NCBI RefSeq assembly: GCF_943372915.1
Contig: NZ_CALSAN010000010.1
Span: forward strand, 68,891-132,890
Direction: 5' to 3'
DNA length: 64,000 bases
From: Ferrovibrio terrae
GTDB lineage: Bacteria > Pseudomonadota > Alphaproteobacteria > Ferrovibrionales > Ferrovibrionaceae
Both the position numbers and the translations under genes were made by a program. Positions 1 through 10,450 of this stretch are shown one piece after another; the first letter of the stretch is position 1, and every line of letters starts with the position of its first letter. The notes beneath the pieces were generated by a model. It worked only from the letters and a program-made list of their open reading frames with translations, had not been told where the DNA came from and did no database searches.

Positions 1-858
1 CTTGCGCAGAAAGTCTTCCAGTGTCTGCCGCGGTTTCCAGGCCGGTGGCGGCGTTCCATTTTTCCAGGTCTGCATGATTTCACCGTCGCGATAGGGGCGA
101 CTGCCCCAGGCTGCCCGCAGTGGGCGCCCGTTGATCGTCGCGATCAGATCGCCCAATGCGCGAATGCTCAGCGGCCGACCTGATGACAGGGCATAATGTG
201 CGGGATGTGCGGCACCATTATGCAGTGCCTGCGCGGCGGCGAAGAGGCCCATAACGACATCATCAATGTGCAGCAGATCAATTTCCTGCTCGCCAGGGCT
301 CAGTGCGATCTCAGTGTCGGTCCGCGCGGCTGCAACTAGCTGCATCAGCAGCTTGTTACGCGTGTCATCAGGGCCATAGGTATCATAGAGCAATACGGTG
401 GCGCAGGGCAGACCAGTGCGACGGTCGAAATAGACCAGAAAATCTTCGAAGGCTTGCTTACTAGCGGCATAGAGCGAAGCTGGCATGTAGGCGCCGCGCA
501 CATTCAGTTGCGATGCCGTGCCAGTGTTAACAAAGGCGCGACACCCGCTACGGGTGGCGGCATCTGCAAATTGCGTAGCGAAGCCGAGATTGGCTGCCAG
601 CAGGGCAGGAATCTCGGCGGCTGTGGTGTCATGCATGTACCGCGTGGCCAGGTGATAGCAGGTGCTGGGCCGTATTTGCAGCAGTAGCGGGCCAAGGGTC
701 AGCGGGTCATCTATGCGATGCAGTATTGCGGCATTTGGCAGGCCGTCGGTGCGCGACCCCTGGCGTGCCAGTACATGCACATCCTCGCCGCTTTCGACGA
801 GATGCCGCACCAAGTGTCGGCCGATAAAGCCGGTGCCGCCAGAAACCACGATGGTCAT
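1..858 (-). CDS. NAD-dependent epimerase/dehydratase (extended SDR, nucleotide-sugar), 3' end cut off by window edge
   Basis: Manual translation from ATG at 858: MTIVVSGGTGFIGRHLV (GxxGxxG), catalytic YAASK (YxxxK), YDTYGP. Open to position 1; missing from the ORF track because no stop is in the window. Confidence 0.85.
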   Translation of the reverse strand, partial: MTIVVSGGTGFIGRHLVRHLVESGEDVHVLARQGSRTDGLPNAAILHRIDDPLTLGPLLLQIRPSTCYHLATRYMHDTTAAEIPALLAANLGFATQFADAATRSGCRAFVNTGTASQLNVRGAYMPASLYAASKQAFEDFLVYFDRRTGLPCATVLLYDTYGPDDTRNKLLMQLVAAARTDTEIALSPGEQEIDLLHIDDVVMGLFAAAQALHNGAAHPAHYALSSGRPLSIRALGDLIATINGRPLRAAWGSRPYRDGEIMQTWKNGTPPPAWKPRQTLEDFLRK

Positions 859-905
859 GGCGGATGCTTAGCGGGTTTTGCCTGACGAGGGAAGACGGTT
901 TGGAA

Positions 906-2294
906 TTAAGGCTCCGGCCAGGGGCGCAGGGCCGGGCGTATCTGCTCGTATATATGGGCCATGCGCAGAACGCCGGCATCGTCGAAGCGGCGGCCGGCGA
1001 TCTGCAGGCCGATGGGCAGGCCATCGCTGTCATATCCGGCACAAATCGAAGCCGCGGGCTGCTCCGATTGGTTGAACGGCGCGGTGAAACGGATGTGCTC
1101 CGACTTGAACTGCGGATCGTTGCCGGGCGCGGCCTCCTCGGCGTCATAGGCGGTGATCGGCGAGGTCGGGCTCAGCACATAATCATAAGGTAGGGTGGCG
1201 GCGACCGTGGCTTCGCGCAGGCTGAAAACCTGGCCAAGCGCCCGCATGACATCGGTGGCGGTATAGTCCGCCGCCGCGCGGCACCAGGCGGCGATATAGG
1301 GCAGCACCTTCGCCTGGCGCTCCGGCGCCATGGCGGCGAAATCGGTATAGGCGCGAGACTGGAAGAAGGTGTTCAGCCCGTCGGCCATTGCCGCGGTCAT
1401 GAAGGGCTTGATCGGTTCGATGATCGCACCGGCCGCTTCGAACAGCTTCGCAGCCCGCTCCACGGCGTCTTTCACCGCCGGTTGAACCGGGATGCCCAGG
1501 CCGGCATCCAGCAGCAGACCGATCTTCAGGCCCTTCACCTCGCCATCCAGCAGCTTGGGATAGTCCTGCTCCTGATAGGGCAGCGACATGTAATCGCGGC
1601 CGTCTGGCAGGGTCAGATGGTTCATCAGCAGGGCGCTGTCCATCACCGTGCGCGTCATCGGACCGGTGACACGGCCGAGATAGGGCGGGTTGATCGGGAT
1701 GCGGCCCAGGCTGGGCTTCAGCGCGAAAATACCATTATAGGCGGCGGGCAGGCGCACCGAGCCGCCGATATCGGTGCCGAGCGCCAAGGGGCCATAGCCG
1801 GCGGCGATGGCGGCGCCGGCGCCGGATGACGACCCTGCGGTATTGCGCTTCAGATTCCACGGATTGCGTGTGGTGCCATGCAGGCTGGAAACACCCGAGG
1901 CCAGCATGCCGAAATCCGGCATCGTAGTCTTGCCGAGGAATACGCAACCGGCTTCGCGCACACGGGCTGCCGGCGGGGCATCCACAGCGCTGGGGGTCAG
2001 GATCGCCGCTGCCGTGCCCACTGGCGTGGGCACGCCTTTGCTGGCGATATTCTCTTTCAGCGTGATCGGCACGCCGTCCAGCGGACTGAGTTGCTGGCCC
2101 TTGCGCCAGCGCTGCTCCGAGGCCTTGGCCTGCGTCAGGGCACCCTCGGCGTCAATGACATACATGGCATTGATCTTGGGTTCCCACAGCTCAATGCGCT
2201 TGAGCGCCGCCTTGGTGGCTTCCACGGGTGAGATCGCGCCGGTGCGATAGCCCATCCACAGGTCATGGGCACTCAGGGTGTGCAGCTCGGTCAT
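906..2294 (-). CDS. Amidase signature family protein
   Basis: DGVPITLKE (Lys), GKTTMPDFG, AGSSSGAGAA, GTDIGGSVRLPA (Ser-cisSer-Lys triad), GLPIGLQIAG. Confidence 0.92.
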   Translation of the reverse strand: MTELHTLSAHDLWMGYRTGAISPVEATKAALKRIELWEPKINAMYVIDAEGALTQAKASEQRWRKGQQLSPLDGVPITLKENIASKGVPTPVGTAAAILTPSAVDAPPAARVREAGCVFLGKTTMPDFGMLASGVSSLHGTTRNPWNLKRNTAGSSSGAGAAIAAGYGPLALGTDIGGSVRLPAAYNGIFALKPSLGRIPINPPYLGRVTGPMTRTVMDSALLMNHLTLPDGRDYMSLPYQEQDYPKLLDGEVKGLKIGLLLDAGLGIPVQPAVKDAVERAAKLFEAAGAIIEPIKPFMTAAMADGLNTFFQSRAYTDFAAMAPERQAKVLPYIAAWCRAAADYTATDVMRALGQVFSLREATVAATLPYDYVLSPTSPITAYDAEEAAPGNDPQFKSEHIRFTAPFNQSEQPAASICAGYDSDGLPIGLQIAGRRFDDAGVLRMAHIYEQIRPALRPWPEP

Positions 2295-2331
2295 GGCAGC
2301 CTCATGGCGAACGGTGGTGTTCTTTTTATCT

Positions 2332-3621
2332 TCACAGACGGTTCACACCGCACCAACGCGCAGTGAAGGTCGCCAGAACGCTGGCGACTTCCATCATGCT
2401 GTCGATCGAGACCCATTCGTCGATGCCATGAATATTGGCGGCGACCGGGCCATAGCAGGTGGCGGGGATATTGCCATAAAGATTGAAGAAGCGCGCGTCG
2501 GTGGTGCCGGTAAAGGCATTGAAGGCAACATCGCTGCCGGTGACGCTGCGATGGCAGTCTGCCAGCGTGGTCACCATAGGTGTATTGATGTCGAGCACGA
2601 AGCCCTCGGCCTGAAAGCCCTCGTAGATCACCTTGTATTCGATGCTGTTGTTCTGCGGATGCTTGCGATGCGCCTCGGCGAACAGCTTTTCGACGGTCTC
2701 GCGCACCTCAGCCGGCGTGATACCGGGATAGAAGCCGAGGCGGATGTCGGCGCGGCAGGCGGTTGGCACCGAGGAAGCCCATTCGCCGCCGTGGATCTTG
2801 CCAAGGTTGAAATTCACCGGATGCTCATGCGCATGATATTCGGCATGACGACCCTCCGGCGCATTCCACTGATGCTCCAGCTTTTTCAGTTCGCCGAACA
2901 TGTAAAGGGCAAAATCGATGGCGGCGACACCGGTATGCGCCACGGAGGCATGCACCGGCTTGCCAGCGACTTCCAGCGCCAGCCACATCACGCCCATCTG
3001 GGCATGCATGATACCGTTGAAGGGTTCGGGGATGATGGCCGCATCGGCGCGATAACCCTGCACCAGACAGGCGAGCGCTCCATTGCCGGTGCATTCCTCT
3101 TCCACCACCGACTGCAGGATCACTTCGGCGGCTGGCTCAAGGCCCAGTTTTTTCAACGCTTTCATGGCAATGATATAGGCGACGATGCCTGACTTCATGT
3201 CGCCGCCACCGCGGCCGTAGAGCTTGTCACCATCGATCCATGGCTCAAACGGCGGCTTGGTCCACAGGGCCTCGGCGCCCACCGGCACCACGTCGATATG
3301 GCCGTTGAAGATCAACGATTTTCCGCGCGTGCCGCGACGCGGCCTGTGGATGCCGACAATATTATGCCGGCCATCATAGGAAACGATGGATGGTGAATAA
3401 CCGGGGTGACCTTTGAGCTTCGCCTCGTCGATGGCGAATTCATCCACTTCGAGATTCATGCCTTCGAAAACGCCGCGCACCAGATCCTGCGCACTTTTTT
3501 CGTCGCCCAGCAGCGATGGGCAGCGCACCATATCGGCCAGCAGGTCGGTGGCCTCACGGCGCAGGCTGTCGACCGCACCCTTGATATCTGCCAGGTCGAC
3601 CTGATCAAGAAGCGCTGACAT
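2332..3621 (-). CDS. ArgE/DapE family M20 deacylase
   Basis: FNGHIDVVP, GRGGGDMKSG, VEEECTG, HGIDE. Start moved to ATG 3621 (MSALLDQ); the ORF-track extension overlaps the upstream gene. Confidence 0.9.
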   Translation of the reverse strand: MSALLDQVDLADIKGAVDSLRREATDLLADMVRCPSLLGDEKSAQDLVRGVFEGMNLEVDEFAIDEAKLKGHPGYSPSIVSYDGRHNIVGIHRPRRGTRGKSLIFNGHIDVVPVGAEALWTKPPFEPWIDGDKLYGRGGGDMKSGIVAYIIAMKALKKLGLEPAAEVILQSVVEEECTGNGALACLVQGYRADAAIIPEPFNGIMHAQMGVMWLALEVAGKPVHASVAHTGVAAIDFALYMFGELKKLEHQWNAPEGRHAEYHAHEHPVNFNLGKIHGGEWASSVPTACRADIRLGFYPGITPAEVRETVEKLFAEAHRKHPQNNSIEYKVIYEGFQAEGFVLDINTPMVTTLADCHRSVTGSDVAFNAFTGTTDARFFNLYGNIPATCYGPVAANIHGIDEWVSIDSMMEVASVLATFTARWCGVNRL

Positions 3622-3655
3622 CGCACCCTCCGCGGTGGATTTTGGGGAGATTGGC

Positions 3656-5281
3656 CTAACTGGCCAGTTCGGCCTCCAGCCAGTCGCGGCCCGGCAGGGC
3701 CGCAAACAGCTGCTGGGTATACTCATGCTGCGGCGAGGCGAAGAGTTTCGCTGTTTCGGCAAACTCCACGATCTTGCCGCGCTGCATCACCGCGATACGG
3801 TCGCACAGGCGGGCGGCCACGCGCAGGTCATGGGTGATGAACAGAATGGCGATGCCGAACTGGTCGCGGATATGTTCCAGCAGGTCGAGCACCTGGGCCT
3901 GCACCGAGACATCCAGCGCCGATACGGCTTCATCGGCGACCAGGATTTCCGGCTCCATGGCCAGTGCGCGGGCAATCGCCAGGCGCTGGCGCTGGCCACC
4001 GGAGAACTGGTGCGGATAGCGGTCGAGCGCATTGACGTCGATGCCGACGATGTTCAGCAGCTTGCGGGCGCGTTCCAGCGCTTCGGCGCGCGAGACACCA
4101 TAGTTCAGCGGGCCTTCAATGATCGACTGGGCCACGGTGCGGCGCGGATTGAGGGAGCGATAGGGATCCTGGAATACCACCTGGATGCGGCGGCGGAAGG
4201 GATGCAGGGCGCGCACACCAAGATGAGCGATGTCGGTATCGTCCAGAATCACCTTGCCGCCGGTCGGGTCGATCAGGCGGGCGACACAGCGTGCCGCGGT
4301 CGATTTGCCCGAGCCGGACTCGCCGACGATACCCAGCGTCTGGCCCTTGTGCAGGTCAAGCGCGATATCGTCCACGGCACGCACTTCACGCGTGCCCTTG
4401 AACATGCTGGTGGTGACATAGATTTTCTGCAGATGCTCGGCGCGCAACACCGCTGCGGTGGTGATCGGTGTGGCTTCGCGTGGCTTCAGGCGTGGCACGG
4501 CCTTGATCAGCATCTTGGTATAATCGTGCTGCGGCCGGTAGAGCACGTCTTCGGTCTTGCCGCTTTCCACCACCTCGCCATAGCGCATCACCACCACGCG
4601 GTCGGCGATATCGGCAACGACGCCGAAATCATGCGTGATGAACAGCACGCCAGTGCCGCGCTCGCGCTGCAGGTCGCGCAGCAGTTTCAGGATCTGCGCC
4701 TGCGTGGTGACATCCAGCGCCGTGGTCGGTTCGTCGGCGATCAGCAGGGCGGGCTGCAGGGCCAGCGCCATGGCGATCATCACACGTTGACGCTGACCGC
4801 CCGAAAGCTGATGCGGATAGGAATTGAGCAGACGTTCCGGATCGGGCAGATGCACATCGGCAAACAGCTGCTGCACGCGTTCTTCGGCGCTGACACCGCG
4901 GCCCTTCCAGTTATGGGCCTTCAGCAGCTCGATCACCTGTTCGCCAACCCGGTGCACCGGGTTGAGCGCCGTCATCGGCTCCTGGAAGATCATCGACATG
5001 CGGCTACCGCGCAAGGCACGCAGGCGGGCCTTGGAGGCCTTGCGCAGGTCTTCGCCTTCGAGGCGGACTTCACCGCTGACAATCGGCAGGCTGCCCAGCC
5101 CCATCACGGTGCTGGCGGTAACCGACTTGCCAGAACCGGATTCGCCAACCAGGCAGACGATCTCGCCGGGCATCACTTCGAAGCTGATATCCTGCACTGC
5201 TAGTCTACGGTCGCCGCCTTTGGGCAGGGCGACAGAGAGGTTTTTGACGCTGAGGACGGGGGCGGTCTTGGTCTCTGACAT
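3656..5281 (-). CDS. Dipeptide/oligopeptide ABC transporter ATP-binding protein (two fused NBDs)
   Basis: Two GESGSGKS Walker A, two [16 protein letters not shown] signatures, DEPTTALD and DEAVSALD. Confidence 0.95.
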   Translation of the reverse strand: MSETKTAPVLSVKNLSVALPKGGDRRLAVQDISFEVMPGEIVCLVGESGSGKSVTASTVMGLGSLPIVSGEVRLEGEDLRKASKARLRALRGSRMSMIFQEPMTALNPVHRVGEQVIELLKAHNWKGRGVSAEERVQQLFADVHLPDPERLLNSYPHQLSGGQRQRVMIAMALALQPALLIADEPTTALDVTTQAQILKLLRDLQRERGTGVLFITHDFGVVADIADRVVVMRYGEVVESGKTEDVLYRPQHDYTKMLIKAVPRLKPREATPITTAAVLRAEHLQKIYVTTSMFKGTREVRAVDDIALDLHKGQTLGIVGESGSGKSTAARCVARLIDPTGGKVILDDTDIAHLGVRALHPFRRRIQVVFQDPYRSLNPRRTVAQSIIEGPLNYGVSRAEALERARKLLNIVGIDVNALDRYPHQFSGGQRQRLAIARALAMEPEILVADEAVSALDVSVQAQVLDLLEHIRDQFGIAILFITHDLRVAARLCDRIAVMQRGKIVEFAETAKLFASPQHEYTQQLFAALPGRDWLEAELAS

Positions 5282-5284
5282 GGC

Positions 5285-6127
5285 TCAGGCTCCCAGCCGC
5301 TTTTTCATGCGCGGGTCGAGCGTATCGCGCAGACCATCGCCCAGGATGTTGACGGCCAGGATGGTGACGGCCAGGAAGCCGCCGGGAAACAGGATGATCC
5401 AGGGCGCGCGCTGAAATACCCCGCGGCCTTCGGCGATGATGTTGCCCCAGGTGGGAATTTCCGGCGGCAGACCGGCACCGAGGAAGCTGAGGATGGCTTC
5501 CACCAGGATGGCAGAAGCGCAGATATAGGTGCCCTGCACGATCAGCGGTGCGAGCGTGTTTGGCAGAATGTGCTGGATCAGGATTTTCACCGTCGGCGTG
5601 CCCAGTCCGACAGCCGCCTCGACATAGGGCTCCTCGCGGATCGACAGCACGACGCCGCGCACCAGGCGGGCCACGCGCGGGATTTCCGGGATCACGATGG
5701 CGACAATCACGGTGAGCAGCGAGGCGCCGCTGAGCGAGACCAGTGCAATGGCCAGCAGGATGCCGGGGATCGCCATCACGCCATCCATGGTACGCATGAT
5801 CGGCCCGTCGAGCCAGCGGATATAGCCCGAGACCAGGCCGATCACCAGGCCGATGGAGATGGCGATGCTGGCGACGCAGGCACTGACCAGCAGGGAGATG
5901 CGGGCACCGTGTACCACGCGGGTCCAGACGTCGCGGCCCAGCATGTCGGTGCCCATCATGAATTGGTCCGACGGGCCGCGCAGGCGGAAGCGTGGCGCAA
6001 TGCTGCCGGGGTCATGCCCGGTCAGCAGTGGCGCCAGCAGGGCGACGATCAGCAGTACCAGCAGGATGCCGCCGCCGATCAAGACAGAAGGATTGCGGAA
6101 GGCCGCATGACGAAAGACTTGCCGCAT
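5285..6127 (-). CDS. Peptide ABC transporter permease (DppC-like)
   Basis: GTDMLGRD, YVEAAVGLG EAA loop, GDGLRDTLDPR. Confidence 0.93.
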   Translation of the reverse strand: MRQVFRHAAFRNPSVLIGGGILLVLLIVALLAPLLTGHDPGSIAPRFRLRGPSDQFMMGTDMLGRDVWTRVVHGARISLLVSACVASIAISIGLVIGLVSGYIRWLDGPIMRTMDGVMAIPGILLAIALVSLSGASLLTVIVAIVIPEIPRVARLVRGVVLSIREEPYVEAAVGLGTPTVKILIQHILPNTLAPLIVQGTYICASAILVEAILSFLGAGLPPEIPTWGNIIAEGRGVFQRAPWIILFPGGFLAVTILAVNILGDGLRDTLDPRMKKRLGA

Positions 6128-6129
6128 GG

Positions 6130-7071
6130 TCAGTAACGAATCCTGGGATCGAGCAACACATAGGCGATGTCGATGGCCAGGTTGATCAGCACATAGACAC
6201 CGGAGAAGACCAGGATGATACCCTGAATGATCGGATAATCGCGGCCGAGCACGGCATCCACCACCAGGCGGCCGATGCCGGGAATGTTGAAGACGGTTTC
6301 CGTGATGACCACGCCGCCGATCAGCAAGGCAAAGCCGATGCCGATCACCGAGACGATCGGGATGGCGGCGTTACGCAGCGCATGGCGCACCAGCACCACA
6401 TGCTCCTTCAGGCCCTTGGCATGGGCGGTGCGGATATAGTCCTCGTTCAGCACCTCCAGCATCGCGGTACGCGTGATGCGGGCAAACAGTGCGATATAGA
6501 TGAAGCTGAGCGTCACTGTCGGCAGCGCAATGCGCTCAAGGAAGGCCGGCAGGCCGTCGCGCAATGGGGCGAACCCCTGTGCCGGGAACAGGTCGAGCTT
6601 CATCGAGAAGACATAGACCATGATATAGCCGAGCACGAAGACCGGGATCGAGAAGCCGGCGACCGACAGCGCCATGATGCCCCGATCGAACCAGCTGCCC
6701 TGTTTCCAGGCGGCCAGAATGCCCATCGGCACGGCAACCACGATGGCAAAGATCAATGTGGTGAGCGCCAGCGACATGGTTGGTTCGACGCGCTGGCCGA
6801 TCATGGTGGCGACCGGCTGTTTTGACAGCACGGACTTGCCGAGATCGCCCTGTGCGAGCTGACCGATCCAGGTGACAAACTGCTCCGGGATTGGCCTGTC
6901 GAGACCGAGATCGGCGCGAATGGCGGCGATCGCCTCGGGTGTTGCCGTATCGCCGGCCAGGATTGCGGCCGGATCGCCCGGGCTCAGGCGGAGCAGCAGG
7001 AAAACGAAAATGGCCACCACCCCCATAACGGGGATGGCGGCCAATAAACGCGAGAGAATGAGACGCAGCAT
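6130..7071 (-). CDS. Peptide ABC transporter permease (DppB-like)
   Basis: PGDPA, GDLGKS, EDYIRTAHAKGL, RDYPIIQG, LDPRIRY. Confidence 0.93.
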   Translation of the reverse strand: MLRLILSRLLAAIPVMGVVAIFVFLLLRLSPGDPAAILAGDTATPEAIAAIRADLGLDRPIPEQFVTWIGQLAQGDLGKSVLSKQPVATMIGQRVEPTMSLALTTLIFAIVVAVPMGILAAWKQGSWFDRGIMALSVAGFSIPVFVLGYIMVYVFSMKLDLFPAQGFAPLRDGLPAFLERIALPTVTLSFIYIALFARITRTAMLEVLNEDYIRTAHAKGLKEHVVLVRHALRNAAIPIVSVIGIGFALLIGGVVITETVFNIPGIGRLVVDAVLGRDYPIIQGIILVFSGVYVLINLAIDIAYVLLDPRIRY

Positions 7072-7113
7072 GGAAAATAATTACGCAACAATCATGCCAG
7101 CAATGTCACTCTC

Positions 7114-8718
7114 TTACTGCTTCTCGATATTCCACAGCACATAGGCCGGGCTTGCGACCATGCCCTTGACGTTCTTACGAACGGCAGACGGCTGGAAGTA
7201 TTCACCCAGCGGAATGTAGTGCACCATTTCATACAGGCGCTTCTGCACGGCTTCCGCGATGGCCTTCTGCTTGGCGGCATCGGGTTCGCGGGCGTAGGAG
7301 TCGCGCAGCTTTTCCATCTCGGGATCTTCGGTCCAGCCGAAGAAGCCGCCCTGCTTGCCCAGACCCTTGGTGCCGGCGTTGGCGATGGGGTTCATCATGT
7401 CGGCAGTGCCCCAGGCGGTGTGGAAGATATGCCAGCCGCCCTGATCGATCGGATCCATCTTGGCGCGGCGGCCGACCAGTGTCTGCCAGTCCATCGACTG
7501 CACTTCGACGTTCACGCCGATCGCGCGCAGCAGGGGAGCCGATACCAGCGGCAACTGGTTGATGCTGTTCAGGTCAGTCGGCGCCATGATGACGATCTTT
7601 TCGCCCTTGTAGCCGCTGTCTGCCAGCATCTTCTTGGCCTTGGCCACATCGGCCTTCTTGGTGCCGACAGCGCCGGCATCGGTCGCCAGCGGCGTCGAGC
7701 AACCAAAGATCGCACCGCAGACCTTGTAATAGTCCGGATCGCCGACCTGGGCGGCCAGGTAGTCTTCCTGCTGGATAGCATGGAGGATGGCCTGACGCAC
7801 CTTGACGTTATCCAGCGGCGGCTGCAGCCAGTTCATGCGCAGCATGTAGTTCATGCCAAGTGGCTGCAGGTTGCGGATTTCGATATCCTTCTGCTTCTTC
7901 AGCTCGGGCAGAAGATCGAAGGCCGGCTGCTCCCAGATGTCGACCTCGCCCTTGATCAGGGCATTCATGGCGGTCTGCGGGTCGGCAATGGTCATCCACT
8001 CGACGCGATCGACCTTCACCACCTTGCCACCGCTGGTGAACGTGGCCGGTTCGCTGCGCGGCTTGTAGTCCGGGTTCTTCTCGTAGACCACCTTCACGCC
8101 CGGCTGGAATTCGGCCTTGATGAAGCGATACGGACCGGAGCCGATTTCCTCGGTCACATTGGTGGTGGACGGTGTGTCAGCCATGCGCTTGGGCATGATG
8201 AAGGGCACGTTCGAGCTGGGCTTGCCCAGCGAGTCGAGGACGAGGCCGTAGGGCTCCTTCAGCACCAGCTGGAAGGTCTTGGCGTCGACTTCTTTCCATT
8301 CCTTCGTGTATTCGGCCAGCTTCTGGCCCATCGTATCGCGCTCGCCCCAGCGCTTCAGCGAGGCGAGCACGTCGGTCGAGGTGACCGGCGCGCCGTCATG
8401 GAATTTCAGGCCATCGCGCAGTATGAAGGTATAGGTGAGCTTGTCGCCGCTGAGGTCGTACTTCTCGACCATTTGCGGCTTCACCTGCATCTTGTCGTCG
8501 ACACCGAACAGGGTGTCGTAGATCATGTAGCCATGATTGCGCGACATGAAGGCTGTGGTGATGATCGGGTCGGTGATGCGGAGACCGGCATGCGGGATAA
8601 AGCGCAGCACCTTTTTGTTATCCTGGGCGACGGCAGTGGTCGCTGCGCCGGCCAGCAGGCCCAATCCGATACTCAGGCCAATGGCAGAAACCAGCATGTG
8701 GAATCGACGCGAACGCAT
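7114..8718 (-). CDS. Peptide ABC transporter substrate-binding protein (family 5)
   Basis: Signal peptide, DPIITT, YDTLFG, FILRDGLKFHDG, GSGPYRF. ATG 8718 follows an AGGGGGAG RBS. Confidence 0.9.
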   Translation of the reverse strand: MRSRRFHMLVSAIGLSIGLGLLAGAATTAVAQDNKKVLRFIPHAGLRITDPIITTAFMSRNHGYMIYDTLFGVDDKMQVKPQMVEKYDLSGDKLTYTFILRDGLKFHDGAPVTSTDVLASLKRWGERDTMGQKLAEYTKEWKEVDAKTFQLVLKEPYGLVLDSLGKPSSNVPFIMPKRMADTPSTTNVTEEIGSGPYRFIKAEFQPGVKVVYEKNPDYKPRSEPATFTSGGKVVKVDRVEWMTIADPQTAMNALIKGEVDIWEQPAFDLLPELKKQKDIEIRNLQPLGMNYMLRMNWLQPPLDNVKVRQAILHAIQQEDYLAAQVGDPDYYKVCGAIFGCSTPLATDAGAVGTKKADVAKAKKMLADSGYKGEKIVIMAPTDLNSINQLPLVSAPLLRAIGVNVEVQSMDWQTLVGRRAKMDPIDQGGWHIFHTAWGTADMMNPIANAGTKGLGKQGGFFGWTEDPEMEKLRDSYAREPDAAKQKAIAEAVQKRLYEMVHYIPLGEYFQPSAVRKNVKGMVASPAYVLWNIEKQ

Positions 8719-8959
8719 AGCACTCCCCCTTGTCATTGTTTGACCGCTAATGAAAGCTGATCATGGTATGTGTGCCTTGGTCAAGAAAACTTTGCCGCTA
8801 TCGCAGGCAGTTACTTTAATGCCCCTTCGCTGGGCAGCATGCCTGTTGCCGTGGCGCCCACCGTATAACCAGGAGACATTGGTTCATGTCGAAGAATTGG
8901 TTCATGCCGGCGACTCGCGGCACCTCTAGAATTTGCGGCCCGGGCGAGGAGCACGCACA

Positions 8960-10426
8960 ATGAATGTGTTTATTGCCTGTCTTGGTACGGAGACCAATAC
9001 CTTCTCGCCCCTGCCCACGGCCGAGGCCGGCTTCAGGGAATGGATGCTATATCGTGGCGATGCAACCAAGCGGCCGGAGAACCTTTTCTCGGCCCCGTTG
9101 CATGTCTGGCGGCAGGCCGCCGAGGCGCAGCAGGCCACGGTGACGGAAAGCCTGTCAGCCTTTGCCCAGCCGGCCGGGATTACTGTTCGCAAGGTGTATG
9201 AAGGATTCCGCGACGAAATCCTCGCCGATCTCAAGGCGGCGATGCCGGTGGACCTGGTGCTGCTCAGCATGCATGGCGCCATGGTCGCCGATGGCTACGA
9301 CGATTGCGAAGGCGACCTGCTGGAAAAAGTTCGTGCCATTGTAGGGCCTAAGGCGGCCGTCGGCGCCGAGCTTGACCTGCATTGCTCCATTACTGAAAAG
9401 ATGCTGGCCAACGCCGATGCGCTGATCACCTTCAAGGAATACCCCCATACCGACAGCAAGGAGCGGGCGCAGGAGCTTTATAATATCCTGCTGGCCAAGC
9501 ATCAGGGCGTGGCAAAGCCTGTGATGGCGGTGTTCGACACGCGCATGATCAACCTGTGGCGCACCCCGGTGGAACCGATGACAGGCTTTGTTCGCGAGAT
9601 GCAGGCCCGGGAAGGCAAGGATGGCATTCTCTCTGTATCGTTTGCCCATGGCTTCCCGATGCAGGACGTGCCCGATGCAACGGCCAAGATGATCGTGATT
9701 GCCGATGGCGATGCCGGCAAGGCCGCGGCGGTTGCGGAAGAGTTCGGCCGCAAGATCTGGAATCTGCGCGAGCAGACGGCGACGCAGAACCTGAGCATAG
9801 ATGTGGCGCTGGATCGCGCCACGGCAGCAACCGTAAAGCGTCCGGTGGTGCTGGCCGACGTAACCGACAATCCGGGCGGCGGCGCGCCGGGCGATGCCAC
9901 CTTCATCCTGCGCCGGATCATCGAACGCGGCATCGAGAATGTGGTCAGCGGCCTGTACTGGGATCCGATGGCGGTTCGCTTCTGCTGCGACGCCGGTGAG
10001 GGTGCGGTCTTCGATCTGCGGCTCGGTGGTAAATGCGGACCGACCTCGGGCGACCCGCTCGATCTCAATGTAACGGTCAAGCGTATCATCACAGACGGTA
10101 TGCAACCGGCCCTGAGTGGTGCCGTGCCGATCGGTGATGCGGTATGGCTGCAATTCGAAGGCAACCGCGATCTGGTCCTGATCTCCACTCGCACACAGAC
10201 CTTCCATCCCGGTGCTTTCACGCAATTCGGCATCGATGTTGCGAAGAAGGCGATCATCGTGGTGAAATCGACCCAGCACTTCCATGCGGGCTTCGCGCCG
10301 ATCGCCGGTGAAATCCTGCATGTGCAGGCGCCGGGCGCCATGCGGTCGGACTTCGCCGATATTCCCTTCCAGAAAGTGCGTGGTCCCTACTGGCCGCGTG
10401 TCGCTGATCCTTTCGCTGCCGAATAA
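8960..10426 (+). CDS. M81 family metallopeptidase (MlrC-like)
   Basis: ETNTFSP, SMHGAM, ELDLHC, YPHTD, DNPGGG, VVKSTQHF; GAGGAG RBS before ATG 8960. Confidence 0.88.
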   Translation: MNVFIACLGTETNTFSPLPTAEAGFREWMLYRGDATKRPENLFSAPLHVWRQAAEAQQATVTESLSAFAQPAGITVRKVYEGFRDEILADLKAAMPVDLVLLSMHGAMVADGYDDCEGDLLEKVRAIVGPKAAVGAELDLHCSITEKMLANADALITFKEYPHTDSKERAQELYNILLAKHQGVAKPVMAVFDTRMINLWRTPVEPMTGFVREMQAREGKDGILSVSFAHGFPMQDVPDATAKMIVIADGDAGKAAAVAEEFGRKIWNLREQTATQNLSIDVALDRATAATVKRPVVLADVTDNPGGGAPGDATFILRRIIERGIENVVSGLYWDPMAVRFCCDAGEGAVFDLRLGGKCGPTSGDPLDLNVTVKRIITDGMQPALSGAVPIGDAVWLQFEGNRDLVLISTRTQTFHPGAFTQFGIDVAKKAIIVVKSTQHFHAGFAPIAGEILHVQAPGAMRSDFADIPFQKVRGPYWPRVADPFAAE

Positions 10427-10450
10427 CATCAAATAAATCAGAGCCTCGCC

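Noticed and set aside
8960-10426. Microcystin degradation cluster
   Set aside because: Only an MlrC-family member is present; there is no mlrA, mlrB or mlrD, and M81 peptidases are common.
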